Shown in pieces: positions 28,357 through 37,892 of a stretch of DNA of 51,652 nucleotides. Position 1 is the first letter of the stretch. The number at the start of each line of letters is the position of its first letter. The position numbers and the translations under genes were made by a program. Origin of the DNA: Thermoproteota archaeon (GTDB lineage Archaea > Korarchaeota > Korarchaeia > Korarchaeales > Korarchaeaceae). The stretch is from contig JAOZFH010000002.1 in assembly GCA_027491415.1 (NCBI GenBank), positions 1 to 51,652 of the forward strand, read 5' to 3'. The notes under the pieces are model-generated. The model was not told where the DNA came from. It searched no databases and worked only from the letters and a program-made list of their open reading frames with translations.

Positions 28357-30230
28357 TTGGACCCCCTCCTGAGGGCTAGGAGGGCGGCGACGGCGACCAC
28401 GACTATGCCAGCTATCCAGAGCACTAGGTTGGAGGCCAGGCCAGCCCCTTCCTCGGGGCCTGGCTGGGGCGTCGGCGCCGGGGTGGTCGTGGCCGGAGCC
28501 AGCTTGCTTATCTCGCCAAAGAACTCCGCCTCGTTGCCCGCAGCGTCCGTGGCCGTGATCTTGAAGTAGCGGTACTGGTCTGGCGAAACCCTCCAGACTG
28601 GCCAGCCCGTGTCGAACTCCGGCTCCAGCTCGCTCCAGGTGGAGTTGTCCGGCGAGACGTAGACCCTGTACTCAAGCACGCCGAGGCCCTCGTCGGTGAT
28701 CCTGGGCCAGATCTCCTTGCGACCGTCTTTCGCATCCTTCAGGTCTGCAGATATCTTCGGCGGCGCCCGGTCAGGCTTTAGGTAGATCTTCACGACCCTC
28801 TCCTCGCCTGGGGCCAAGGCGACCGTGAGCTCGTAGGCCCCCTTGCCGGAAGCCCCGTAGGCTGCCGAGAGTTCGGCGCCCTCGACCTTGGGGCTGGGGT
28901 CGAAGGACGAGAGCACCACGGGCAGCCTCAGGGTCACCTCCTCCTGCCCCCTGTTCCAGACCCGGATGGCCACGGCGTAGGAACTACCGTCGTAGGCCTG
29001 GAGGTACTCGGCGCCGAGCTCGGAGACTGAGGGGGAGGAGGGCTGATACCAGAAGCCCCCGTCTGCGGTGAACCTCAGGTGCCTGTAGTGCCCGAAGTCG
29101 CCCTCAGGACCCCCGTAGCTGGTTCCGTGATCATGCTGCCCGGCTTCGGTGACCAAGCACAGTACGTCGCCGAACGCACCCTGATCGTCGCTGTGCCAGT
29201 GGCCAGTGAGGACGACGGGCGCGTTGGCCATGTGCGCTATGTCGACGACCCTCTGCACCGTCTGGTTATAGTCGAGGGTGCCCTGGAACTTCCCATCTGG
29301 ACCGTAGAGCCATACCCTTATGTCCTGATCCATGAGAGGATAATGCGTGAGCACGGCCCCGGTACCACCCTTTCCCTCTAGCAGAGACTCGATCAGGTCG
29401 AACTGGTATCCGAAGATCTTTCCCGTGTCCGAGTCGATCTGGACGAAGTGAAAGTTAGGCCCCACGTCCACGACCCCGTAGAACGGGCCAAAGTACTTCT
29501 CCCAGTAGTACTGCTTCTTCTCCACGGCCGTGTAGTCGTTGTTTCCCTCAACGGCTATCAGGGGGACTCGAAGCCTCACGAGATCCCTGTACGCCTCTCT
29601 AAACGGGTCCTCCTCGTCAGGCCTAGCAATCGCGTCTATGACATCTCCGGTGTGGACCACGACGTCGGGCCTCAGGCCGTTTATGGTCGCCACCAGCATC
29701 CTGAAGAGCTGCTGATTCCTGTGGTGCTTTGGTATGTCCCTCGTCCCGTAGTGCGTGTCGGTGAACTGGACGACGCGGATCTCCGTGGGATAGGAATCTC
29801 CGAAGACGTAGACCGAGTTGGGCTCGGTGAACCTGAGTCCCGACCCCTCTACCGTCAGGTTGTACAGGCCAGGCGGAACATCCTCGGGCACCCTGACGGT
29901 CACCCACCACCCGCCCACGCCGTCGTCGAATCCCTGGTCGACCGCGTCTAGGGCGTAGCGCCAATCCTCGGTGAACGCCGACTCCAGGTAGGCGCTCCAT
30001 GTCACCGAGGACGGGAGATCGTCGGTCCTTGCGATCCAGGCGGTGAGGGCGTCTCCGTAGGCGACGAAGGCTGGAGATGTCAGGCGGGGGTACAATATGT
30101 GATTCAGCGGCGTCACGTGGTACTCCGGGAACGGCGGCTGCGGGGCTGACGAGAACTCGGCGGTGGTCGAGGGGGCGACGAACAGGACGAGCAGGGAGAC
30201 TGACAGCAGGCCTCCAGCCCTGACCCTCAA
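28353..30230 (-). CDS. Secreted, membrane-anchored calcineurin-like metallophosphoesterase (GNND variant)
   Basis: TDTH, HTGD, EGNND, THYP, TGHWH; signal peptide, Pro/Thr linker, C-terminal TM helix. Confidence 0.88.
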   Translation of the reverse strand: MRVRAGGLLSVSLLVLFVAPSTTAEFSSAPQPPFPEYHVTPLNHILYPRLTSPAFVAYGDALTAWIARTDDLPSSVTWSAYLESAFTEDWRYALDAVDQGFDDGVGGWWVTVRVPEDVPPGLYNLTVEGSGLRFTEPNSVYVFGDSYPTEIRVVQFTDTHYGTRDIPKHHRNQQLFRMLVATINGLRPDVVVHTGDVIDAIARPDEEDPFREAYRDLVRLRVPLIAVEGNNDYTAVEKKQYYWEKYFGPFYGVVDVGPNFHFVQIDSDTGKIFGYQFDLIESLLEGKGGTGAVLTHYPLMDQDIRVWLYGPDGKFQGTLDYNQTVQRVVDIAHMANAPVVLTGHWHSDDQGAFGDVLCLVTEAGQHDHGTSYGGPEGDFGHYRHLRFTADGGFWYQPSSPSVSELGAEYLQAYDGSSYAVAIRVWNRGQEEVTLRLPVVLSSFDPSPKVEGAELSAAYGASGKGAYELTVALAPGEERVVKIYLKPDRAPPKISADLKDAKDGRKEIWPRITDEGLGVLEYRVYVSPDNSTWSELEPEFDTGWPVWRVSPDQYRYFKITATDAAGNEAEFFGEISKLAPATTTPAPTPQPGPEEGAGLASNLVLWIAGIVVVAVAALLALRRGSK

Positions 30231-30331
30231 GGCTCAAACCCAAAAACTTTCCCCCGGCGACAGTCTATAAACGATTGGGGGGTCGGGAGAACTCTGCCGA
30301 CCGCGACGCCGGGAGCTGACTTGGGGGCTCG

Positions 30332-31039
30332 TTACAGGCCCAGATAGGCGGTTCTGACGTGATCGTTCTGTAGAAGCTCTTCCCCCGATCCCTCCAGCAC
30401 TATCCTCCCGGTCTCGATCACGTAACCCCTGTCGGCTACGGAGAGCGCCTGCTGAACATTCTGCTCAACCAGCAGGACGGCAACCCCTTCTTCTCGGATC
30501 CGCTCGACGGCACTCAAGACCTCTTGGACTATCTTGGGGGCCAGACCCAGGCTCTGCTCGTCGAGCATCAGCAGCTTGGGGGAGGACATGAGGCCCCTTG
30601 CTATGGCCAGCATCTGCTGCTCCCCCCCGCTGAGAGTGCCGGCCAGCTGGTCCCTCCTCTCCTTGAGAATGGGGAACAGTGAGTAGACCATCTCCAGCCT
30701 GTCCTTGACGTCCCCCTCGGCCAGGTACGCCCCCATCCTGAGGTTCTCGTACACCGTCATCTTCGGGAAGAGCCTCCTGCCCTCGGGGACCATGCTTATC
30801 CCGAGCCTCACTATCTCGTGGGCTGGCCTCCCGGTTATGTCCGCGCCGTCGAAGGTGATCCTGCCGGACATCGGCTTGAGTAGGCCCGATATCGTCCTCA
30901 GGGTAGTGGTCTTGCCGGCGCCGTTCGAACCCAGGAGCGCCACTATCTCCCTCTCCTCCACGCGGAGTGAGATCCCCCAGAGCACTTGGACGTCCCCGTA
31001 TCCGGCCTCCAGGTCGTCAACCGACAACATTCTGGTCAC
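30332..31039 (-). CDS. livF: Branched-chain amino acid ABC transporter ATPase
   Basis: GSNGAGKTT, VPEGRRLF, LSGGEQQMLAI, LVEQN, AYLG. Confidence 0.92.
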   Translation of the reverse strand: MTRMLSVDDLEAGYGDVQVLWGISLRVEEREIVALLGSNGAGKTTTLRTISGLLKPMSGRITFDGADITGRPAHEIVRLGISMVPEGRRLFPKMTVYENLRMGAYLAEGDVKDRLEMVYSLFPILKERRDQLAGTLSGGEQQMLAIARGLMSSPKLLMLDEQSLGLAPKIVQEVLSAVERIREEGVAVLLVEQNVQQALSVADRGYVIETGRIVLEGSGEELLQNDHVRTAYLGL

Positions 31040-31829
31040 CTAAGTATGCCTCAATGACCCTCGGGTCGCTTGCTATCTCCTTGGGCGTTCCCTCCGCGAT
31101 CTTCTCCCCGTGGTGGAGCACCGCGACCCTGTCGCTGAAGTTCATGATGGCCTTCATGACGTGCTCTATCATCACTATCGTCAACCCCCTCTCCTCCTTA
31201 ACCTGCCTGAGCATCCCCAGCTCCCACTCAACCTCGGCAGGCGAGAGTCCGGCCATTACCTCGTCCAGCAGCAGTATTTGGGGGCTGACGGCCAGGGCCC
31301 TAGCCAGCTCGAGCCTCTTCCTCTCGACCACCGTCAGGCTGTGTCCCGGCTGGTATCTCTTATCCCTCAGACCGACCATCTCGAGAATCCTGACGGCCTC
31401 TTCCTTCAGATCGGAGAGACCCCTCCTAACCCTGCTCGAGACGCGGCCTGAGAAGAGAAGGCCGACTAGCACGTTCTCCAGGACGCTGAGCCCCTCGAAA
31501 GGCTTCGTGATCTGGAAGGTCCTGGCCACGCCCAGCCTGCTGAGCAGGTGGGGTCTCTTGCCGGTGACGTCCCTGCCGAATACCAGAACCCGACCCCTGT
31601 CGGGAGGGAGGAAGCCCGTCATCACGTTGAACAACGTGGTCTTCCCCGCGCCGTTCGGGCCTATGACCCCCAGGACCTCCCCCCTCTGAACCTCAAGGGT
31701 CACCCCGCGCAGGGCCTGAAGTCCCCCGAATCGCTTCCAGACATCCTCTACCTTCAATATCACGCCGTCGTATTCGGCATCGGGCGGCCTGGATATCGCC
31801 ACTATTCCCCCCTTCCCCATGTCGAGCAC
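31017..31829 (-). CDS. livG: Branched-chain amino acid ABC transporter ATPase
   Basis: FGGLQAL, GPNGAGKTT, ARTFQ, LELARALA, IEHVM, VIEAYLG. Confidence 0.92.
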   Translation of the reverse strand: MLDMGKGGIVAISRPPDAEYDGVILKVEDVWKRFGGLQALRGVTLEVQRGEVLGVIGPNGAGKTTLFNVMTGFLPPDRGRVLVFGRDVTGKRPHLLSRLGVARTFQITKPFEGLSVLENVLVGLLFSGRVSSRVRRGLSDLKEEAVRILEMVGLRDKRYQPGHSLTVVERKRLELARALAVSPQILLLDEVMAGLSPAEVEWELGMLRQVKEERGLTIVMIEHVMKAIMNFSDRVAVLHHGEKIAEGTPKEIASDPRVIEAYLGDQNVVG

Positions 31830-31989
31830 CTCCCCGCCTAGACCTCTTCATCCCTTCGAACTGTTGAGATCGGTGCGCCATTGGTTCGACGGTCTCGACG
31901 ACACCCGCCGATCTTGGGAGAGGCCAAGATCGAACTCTTTAAGATTTGCCCGCGGTGGCATCGGACAACTCCCTCTGGAGGCGGTTAGT

Positions 31990-33204
31990 ATGGATTGGAA
32001 GCCTCTCGTGGCCGTAGTTGCCATACTCGTGATACTCGGGGGGATTTACTACATCTACTCGGGCAGGGAGAAGGGACCAGAGAGCGTCAGGATCGGAATC
32101 GTCCTGCCGCTCTCCACCGCGTCGTTCGCCTCGGCCGGTCAGGAGTGCTATAGGGGCATGCAGATGGCCGTCGAGGAGATCAACTCAAACGGCGGCGTCC
32201 TAGGCAAGCCGATCGAGCTGGTGGTCAAGGATGACAAGGGAGACCCGAACACGGCCATAACTGTGGCGACGGATCTGATCACCAACGAGCAGGTCCCGAT
32301 AATCGTGGGCTTCTACTCCTCCACTGTGACCTACGCCACCATGAACGCCATCAAGCAGTACCAGCCAATAGTGTTCGTCATGGGGGCCTCCTCGGTCAAG
32401 GTCGAGAGCCTGGTCGGTAAGGAGCGCTGGTTCTTCCACATGCACCCGTGGGACTACCACAGGCAGGGCACCGTGATCGACTACTTCCTCCACTACATCG
32501 AACCGACCCCGCAGAAGATCTTCGTCGCCTATGAGGACGGAGTGTACGGCTCCACCAGCTACAGCTACTTCGTCAACATGAGCAGGGAGGTCGGCGCCCC
32601 CTGGGACATCAAAGGAGAGCCGTTCAAGTCCGGCAGCTCGGACTTCTCCGCCATAATCCTGAAGGCCAAGGACTACGACCCGGACGTGTTCTACATCGTA
32701 GGCTACCCGGCGGACTATCCGGTGTTCTTCAGGAACGCCAAGGAGAACGACTTCAACCCCAAGCTGATCTTCATAGTCGCTCCTGAGTTCCCGGAGTACC
32801 CGAAGGACATCGGCGACTACGTGGCGGGCGTGGACGTCTGGAGCCCATACCTCGACATCCCGCAGGCCAAGGACTTCGTGGCCAAGTTCCAGTCCCAGTA
32901 CGGCAGGCTGCCCGAGTACTGGGCCCCGTTCTGCTACACCGCCATCAAGATGGTCGCCCAGGGCATCGAGAAGGCGGGCAGCCTGGACAGGGAGGCTCTG
33001 ATATCCGGCCTTGAGAGCGTCCAAATGGACTCCCCGCTGGGGCCGGTGAGCTTCAAGCAGACGGGCAACACGCTCCACCAGGTGGTCGACAAGCTCTACG
33101 TCGTGCAGTGGCAGGGCGGCACCGTAGTGATACTCTACCCGGATGAGTTCAAGACCGGGGAGCTGATCTACCCCGTCCCAACCTGGGCCGAGAGGGGAGG
33201 GTGA
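31990..33204 (+). CDS. livK: Branched-chain amino acid ABC transporter substrate-binding protein
   Basis: TM anchor, AVEEINSNGGVLGKPIELVVKDD, DFSAII; start taken at the ATG at 31990. Confidence 0.88.
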   Translation: MDWKPLVAVVAILVILGGIYYIYSGREKGPESVRIGIVLPLSTASFASAGQECYRGMQMAVEEINSNGGVLGKPIELVVKDDKGDPNTAITVATDLITNEQVPIIVGFYSSTVTYATMNAIKQYQPIVFVMGASSVKVESLVGKERWFFHMHPWDYHRQGTVIDYFLHYIEPTPQKIFVAYEDGVYGSTSYSYFVNMSREVGAPWDIKGEPFKSGSSDFSAIILKAKDYDPDVFYIVGYPADYPVFFRNAKENDFNPKLIFIVAPEFPEYPKDIGDYVAGVDVWSPYLDIPQAKDFVAKFQSQYGRLPEYWAPFCYTAIKMVAQGIEKAGSLDREALISGLESVQMDSPLGPVSFKQTGNTLHQVVDKLYVVQWQGGTVVILYPDEFKTGELIYPVPTWAERGG

Positions 33205-33253
33205 GCCCCTCCCCAAAACCTCTTTTTGGGATCCAGAGGGGGTCCGAGGACAA

Positions 33254-34123
33254 ATGAACGTTGACCTTCTCGTCCAGGCAGTCGCAAACGGCGTCCTCCT
33301 GGCGGGCTTCTACGCGCTGGTAACCCTCGGCCTCAACCTTCTCTTCGGGGTCTTGGAGATCACGAACTTCGCCCACGGCGACCTCATCATGATGGGGGCG
33401 TACGCGACCCTCTGGCTGAACAGGCTCGCCGGGGTGGACCCGATCGCCTCAATTCCCATGGTGTTCCTCATCCTGTTCGGCGTCGGGCTGGCCGTCTACC
33501 TGCTCTTCTTCAAGCCCATCCTGAAGGCGCCGGCCCACAACCAGATAGCGCTGACCTTCGGCCTCTCGGTGTTCCTCCAGAGCCTAGCCCTGATAGCCTG
33601 GGGGTCGGACCTGAGGACGCTCGACATACCCTACGTGTCGAAGACGGTCTCTATAGGCCCGGTGACCCTCGGGTACGGGAGGCTCATAGCCTTCTCCATA
33701 GCGGCAGCCTTCACCCTGGGATTCTTCGCCTTCCTGAAGTGGTCGAAGCTGGGTTACGCCGTCAGGGCTGTGAGCCAGGATCCCGAGGCCGCTTCCCTGC
33801 TCGGAGTTAACGTGAACAGGATATACGCCTTGGTGTCGGGGCTGGCGGCGGCCCTTGGTGGGGTGGCGGGAGTGCTCGTCGCCATCAACCTCTACATCCA
33901 CCCCTACGTCGGCGTGGAGCTCACGCTGAAGGCGTTCAGCGTCGTGATCCTCGGCGGGATGGGGAGCTACGTGGGCATGCTCGTGGCGAGCCTGGTGCTC
34001 GGCATCTCTGAGTCGCTGGTGGGCGCGCTCTTTCCGCAGGGCTCTGGGCTGGCGCCGGGCGTTGCGTTCGCGATCATCGTGCTCGTCCTGGCCTTGAAGC
34101 CCGAGGGCCTCTTCAGGAGGTGA
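33254..34123 (+). CDS. livH: Branched-chain amino acid ABC transporter permease
   Basis: NFAHGD, RAVSQDPEAASLLGVN, ILGGMGS, KPEGLF. Confidence 0.92.
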   Translation: MNVDLLVQAVANGVLLAGFYALVTLGLNLLFGVLEITNFAHGDLIMMGAYATLWLNRLAGVDPIASIPMVFLILFGVGLAVYLLFFKPILKAPAHNQIALTFGLSVFLQSLALIAWGSDLRTLDIPYVSKTVSIGPVTLGYGRLIAFSIAAAFTLGFFAFLKWSKLGYAVRAVSQDPEAASLLGVNVNRIYALVSGLAAALGGVAGVLVAINLYIHPYVGVELTLKAFSVVILGGMGSYVGMLVASLVLGISESLVGALFPQGSGLAPGVAFAIIVLVLALKPEGLFRR

Positions 34124-34124
34124 C

Positions 34125-35087
34125 GTGGAAGTGGCCGTCGCCGAGGCGTGGCTCGAAAAGAGGGCGCCTGTAATCTGGATCTTGGGGATGGCCGTCGCGC
34201 TGCTGCCCGCATTCCTCGGGCCCTACCCGGCTCGGCTCGGGATAAACGTCCTGAAGTTCATAGTGCTGGCCATCAGCTTCGACATCCTCGCTAGGGCCGG
34301 TCAGATGAGCGTTGGCCACGCGGCGTTCTACGGCATAGGTGCCTACGCCATAGCCATGCTCTCCGTTCACAAGGGAGTGCCGGTGGAGCTCGGCCCCCTG
34401 GTCGGCGGGCTGTCCGCCGCGGCCGTGGCGGTCGGGCTGGGCTTCCTGACCCTGAGGATCAAGGGGGCCTACTTCTCCATAGGCACGCTCGCGTTCGCCG
34501 AGGCCCTGAAGGTCATCTTCCTCTACGCGAGGAAGTACACGTTCGGGGCCCAGGGCATAGGGATCGAGCCTCTCTTCGGCGGAAACGTGCTCCTGTCTTA
34601 CGCCTGCATACTCGGCCTCGTGGTCGCCTCGGCCGCCGTAGTCAGGCTCCTCGAGGTGACGGGGGTCAACTACGCGCTCGCGGCCATAAGGGAGGACGAG
34701 GATGCGGCGGCCATGCTGGGAATCGACACGACCAAGTACAAGGTGCTCGCCTTCGCAATCAGCGCGTCCCTGGCGGGGGCGGCCGGGGGATTCGACGCCG
34801 GCTACACCACGTACGTCTACCCCTATGAAGTGTTCAGCGTCGCGATATCCGTGGCCGCCATGATAATGCCCATCTTCGGCGGGCTGTACACGCTCTCGGG
34901 GCCAATAATGGGCGCGGTCTCGGTGTACCTGGCCGAGGAGATCTTGAGGAAGTGGATCCCGCAGGGATACACCATCGTCTACGGGCTCGTCCTGATGGTG
35001 TCCATCCTCTACCTCCCGAGGGGGCTGAGGGGCCTCCTCCTGGAGAGGGTCGCTCCGGCCCTTAGGGGTAGGGAGGGGGCTTCGTGA
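34125..35087 (+). CDS. livM: Branched-chain amino acid ABC transporter permease
   Basis: GQMSVGHAAFYGIGAY, GAYFSIGTLAF, AIREDEDAA, PRGL. Confidence 0.92.
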   Translation: MEVAVAEAWLEKRAPVIWILGMAVALLPAFLGPYPARLGINVLKFIVLAISFDILARAGQMSVGHAAFYGIGAYAIAMLSVHKGVPVELGPLVGGLSAAAVAVGLGFLTLRIKGAYFSIGTLAFAEALKVIFLYARKYTFGAQGIGIEPLFGGNVLLSYACILGLVVASAAVVRLLEVTGVNYALAAIREDEDAAAMLGIDTTKYKVLAFAISASLAGAAGGFDAGYTTYVYPYEVFSVAISVAAMIMPIFGGLYTLSGPIMGAVSVYLAEEILRKWIPQGYTIVYGLVLMVSILYLPRGLRGLLLERVAPALRGREGAS

Positions 35088-35144
35088 GTCTCTGACGCCG
35101 CCCCTCCACATCTTTCACTTCCCAGCTAAGCCTTGGTCCGAGGC

Positions 35145-35474
35145 TCACTCCCGCCCCTCAGGTTCGGAGATGACGGCCGTTCCCCACGCGTTTATCACGA
35201 TGGCTCCCTGCAGGAGTTCGGTCGTCTCGAAGTCTATGCCCACGATGGCGTTGGCCCCCATCTCTGCAGCCTTGGAGATCAACCTCTGCAGGCACTCCGA
35301 CCTGGCCTTCTCCACCTCCGTGACGTAAGCGCGCACCTCCCCGCCCACGAGGCTCTGGAGGGCCGCAGCGAGCTGGCCTCCAACCCCCCTAGTCCTGACA
35401 GAAGTCGCGTGTACGAGTCCCACCACCCGGGCAACCCTGTGACCGGGTATGCGGGGAGTCGTCACCGCGATCAT
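35145..35474 (-). CDS. YbjQ/UPF0145 family protein
   Basis: VTTPRIPG, LVGGEVRAY, GANAIVGI, GTAV. Confidence 0.88.
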   Translation of the reverse strand: MIAVTTPRIPGHRVARVVGLVHATSVRTRGVGGQLAAALQSLVGGEVRAYVTEVEKARSECLQRLISKAAEMGANAIVGIDFETTELLQGAIVINAWGTAVISEPEGRE

Positions 35475-35540
35475 GCCGCGCCCCACTGAGCGCGCCCCAC
35501 AGAAATATCTTACCGACAGACCGACGCCCGAGGACAGGAG

Positions 35541-35948
35541 ATGAGGGCGAGGGTGAGGCTGCTGGGTGAGATGACCTTCGTCGGGGATGCCGACGGTCCA
35601 GGTATAGTCGTTGACGGAAAGGGGAGGCTCGGCCCGTCCCCCATGCAGCTAGTCCTCATGGGGGTGGCGGGGTGCACCGCCGTCGACGTCGCCGAGATCC
35701 TCGGGAGGAACGGGCAGGTCTTCGAGAGGTTGGAGGTCGTGGCCGAGGCTGAGAGGGCGCCGGAGCCTCCGAGGGTGTTCACGAGGGTGAAGATAAGGTA
35801 CGTGGTGCACGGAGATGTCGACGAAAACATCCTGAGAGACGCCATCAAGCTCTCGCAGGCCAGGTACTGCTCCGCCAGCATCATGGTGAAGAGATCGGGG
35901 GCAGAGGTCACGACCGAGTACGAGATAGTCAGGGGTCGCGAGAACTGA
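35541..35948 (+). CDS. OsmC/YhfA family protein
   Basis: GPSPMQLVLMGVAGCTAVD and LSQARYCSAS. Confidence 0.88.
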   Translation: MRARVRLLGEMTFVGDADGPGIVVDGKGRLGPSPMQLVLMGVAGCTAVDVAEILGRNGQVFERLEVVAEAERAPEPPRVFTRVKIRYVVHGDVDENILRDAIKLSQARYCSASIMVKRSGAEVTTEYEIVRGREN

Positions 35949-36603
35949 GGGACCTGAGGAGGGAGGGGAGCTCCCAGATCCCGGGGATGACGTGATCTGC
36001 CCCCTTCCTCCTCAGCCTCTCTTCAGGCTCCAGGCCGGTCAGCACGCCGATCGACAGGACGCCGGCCAGCTTGGCCGACTCGACATCGACCCAGTAGTCC
36101 CCCACGAACACGGCCTCCTCCGGCGAGGCTCTGAAGTCCTCCAGGATCTTTTGGATCAGCTCGTGTCGGTGCCAAAGCCCGCCAGAGTTTGGTTCGTGCT
36201 GGCCTAAGGTGTAGACCTCGTCTACCAAGTCGGACAGGCCGAACCGCCTGAGCTCCCCCCAGAGGGCCTCCTTGGTGGTCCGCCTGCCCGTGGTGACCAC
36301 GATCCTCAGCCCCATCGTCCTGAGCTCCTCGAGGGCCTCCCTCGCACCCCCTATGAGCCTATCCTCAGGGTGCCTCAACTCGGCGTGCCTCTTGGCGAAC
36401 TCCCGCCAGAACTCGGCCTTGTCTACTCCCTCGGGGATGTACTCGTCCAGCCTGTCCTCCGCGTACATCCTCACGAACTCCTCCCAGCCGGGAGGTCTCC
36501 CGCCGACCTTCGTGAGCACCTCCGAAAAGGCGACGTGGAACCTCCGGAGGGTGTCCAACAGCGTCTGGTCGAGGTCCAGTATCGCGAGCTTGAGTCTCGG
36601 CAT
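35929..36603 (-). CDS. HAD-superfamily hydrolase
   Basis: DLDQTL, VVTT, FVGDYWVDVESAKLAG. Confidence 0.9.
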   Translation of the reverse strand: MPRLKLAILDLDQTLLDTLRRFHVAFSEVLTKVGGRPPGWEEFVRMYAEDRLDEYIPEGVDKAEFWREFAKRHAELRHPEDRLIGGAREALEELRTMGLRIVVTTGRRTTKEALWGELRRFGLSDLVDEVYTLGQHEPNSGGLWHRHELIQKILEDFRASPEEAVFVGDYWVDVESAKLAGVLSIGVLTGLEPEERLRRKGADHVIPGIWELPSLLRSLSSRDP

Positions 36604-36610
36604 TTCTGGG

Positions 36611-37804
36611 TCACCTCTTGAGCACTCTCTCGACCGCCTCGGCGACTCGCTGGGCGTACTCCGGCCTGGTATAAACCCTCACAGCCTTTATCGCAGCCAC
36701 GAGAACCTCCGGGGGAATGACCCCGTCACGCACGGACTCCAATGGATCGACGGAACCGTCCTCCTCCACGACGCCGATGAGCCCCGCGTGGTCGGCGGAC
36801 GGCAGGGAGGGAGACCCCACTAGGACCCAGTGCGCCGGGACCCCAGCCTCCTCTGCTATCCCCTCGTGGCCCACCTCCGCGAGCCTGTCCCCCTCCTCGC
36901 CCCCTCTCTCCGCCACGAGCCTGACGGGCCTCCTCGCCTCCAGGTCCGAGAGGATCTCGTCTACCTGCTCGGACTCGACCGACGCGGCCCTCAGGGAGCA
37001 GATGACGGAGTGATCGTCGAACCGCGCCCAGCCAGAGAGTTCGACCAGCTTCAGGACCTCCTCGCCGGTGGGGAGGCCGACTATATCTCTCGCGAGCTCG
37101 TAGGTCCTTTGGAGCATCAGCTCGAAAGCGACGACGGTCTTGTGAAGGTAGACCGCCCTGAACATGAAGGTCCTGCTGAGGAGGAAGTGCTCTAACGCGT
37201 GGAGGGACCTCCTCGGGATGCTGAGCACCGGAGAGCCACCCAGCTCGGCCTTTCTCACCACCCTGAGAATCCTCTGGACGTCCGGCCTCCCGTAGGTAAC
37301 GCCGGTGTGGAGTGAATCTCTCAACAGGTAATCTAGGCGGTCAGCGTCCAGTGGAGAAGAGATGAGGAGAGATTCTGGCCTCCTGCGGCCCCACGCCACT
37401 TCTGCAACCTCCTCCGGACTATACCCCGCGGCGGAGAGGGCGTCGGCCAGCTCCCCGCTCCGGAGCACCGCCCTACCCAGCCGCTCGTGGCTCACCCCCA
37501 GGGTAGCCTCAAGGGTGTGGGAGAAGGGCGGGTGGCCAACGTCGTGGAGGAGGGCCGCCAGCCTGACCAGCTGAATGTTCGCCTCAGGGAGGGCGCTCCT
37601 AGCTAGGGCCTCGGCCAGGTGCATTACGCCGAGGCTGTGGGCAAATCTGGTATGGGTGGCCCCGGGGTAGACGAGGTGAGCCGGGCCCAGCTGCGATATC
37701 CTACGGAGCCTCTGAAAGGTTGATGTGTCGACCACCGATACCTCCGCCTCGGTCAGACCTATGTACCCGTGGACATTGTCGTACACGTGCTTGACGAATC
37801 TCAT
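36611..37804 (-). CDS. HD-domain phosphohydrolase (SAMHD1/YdhJ-like)
   Basis: FQRLRRISQLG, HTRFAHSLG, LLHDVGHPPFSH, DADRLDYLLRDS, VYLHK. Confidence 0.9.
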   Translation of the reverse strand: MRFVKHVYDNVHGYIGLTEAEVSVVDTSTFQRLRRISQLGPAHLVYPGATHTRFAHSLGVMHLAEALARSALPEANIQLVRLAALLHDVGHPPFSHTLEATLGVSHERLGRAVLRSGELADALSAAGYSPEEVAEVAWGRRRPESLLISSPLDADRLDYLLRDSLHTGVTYGRPDVQRILRVVRKAELGGSPVLSIPRRSLHALEHFLLSRTFMFRAVYLHKTVVAFELMLQRTYELARDIVGLPTGEEVLKLVELSGWARFDDHSVICSLRAASVESEQVDEILSDLEARRPVRLVAERGGEEGDRLAEVGHEGIAEEAGVPAHWVLVGSPSLPSADHAGLIGVVEEDGSVDPLESVRDGVIPPEVLVAAIKAVRVYTRPEYAQRVAEAVERVLKR

Positions 37805-37892
37805 CGCTCGGGCCCTAGGTCTGGCGGAATAATTATTGATTGATAGGCCTGCGAAAAAGGAGCGAGGGCTTCTCTTTGAGGTGCCTCCCCAA

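Noticed and set aside
30332-35087. Divergent livGF versus livKHM layout, and DEQS instead of DEPS in LivF
   Set aside because: Rearranged liv clusters are common in archaea and all other ABC motifs are intact.
589-35111. Long alternative-frame and antisense ORFs (for example 589-1497, 2662-3927, 6653-7756, 22620-23804, 32200-33216, 34113-35111)
   Set aside because: They overlap well-supported genes, have Arg/Gly/Pro-rich shadow composition typical of high-GC DNA, and show no family motifs.
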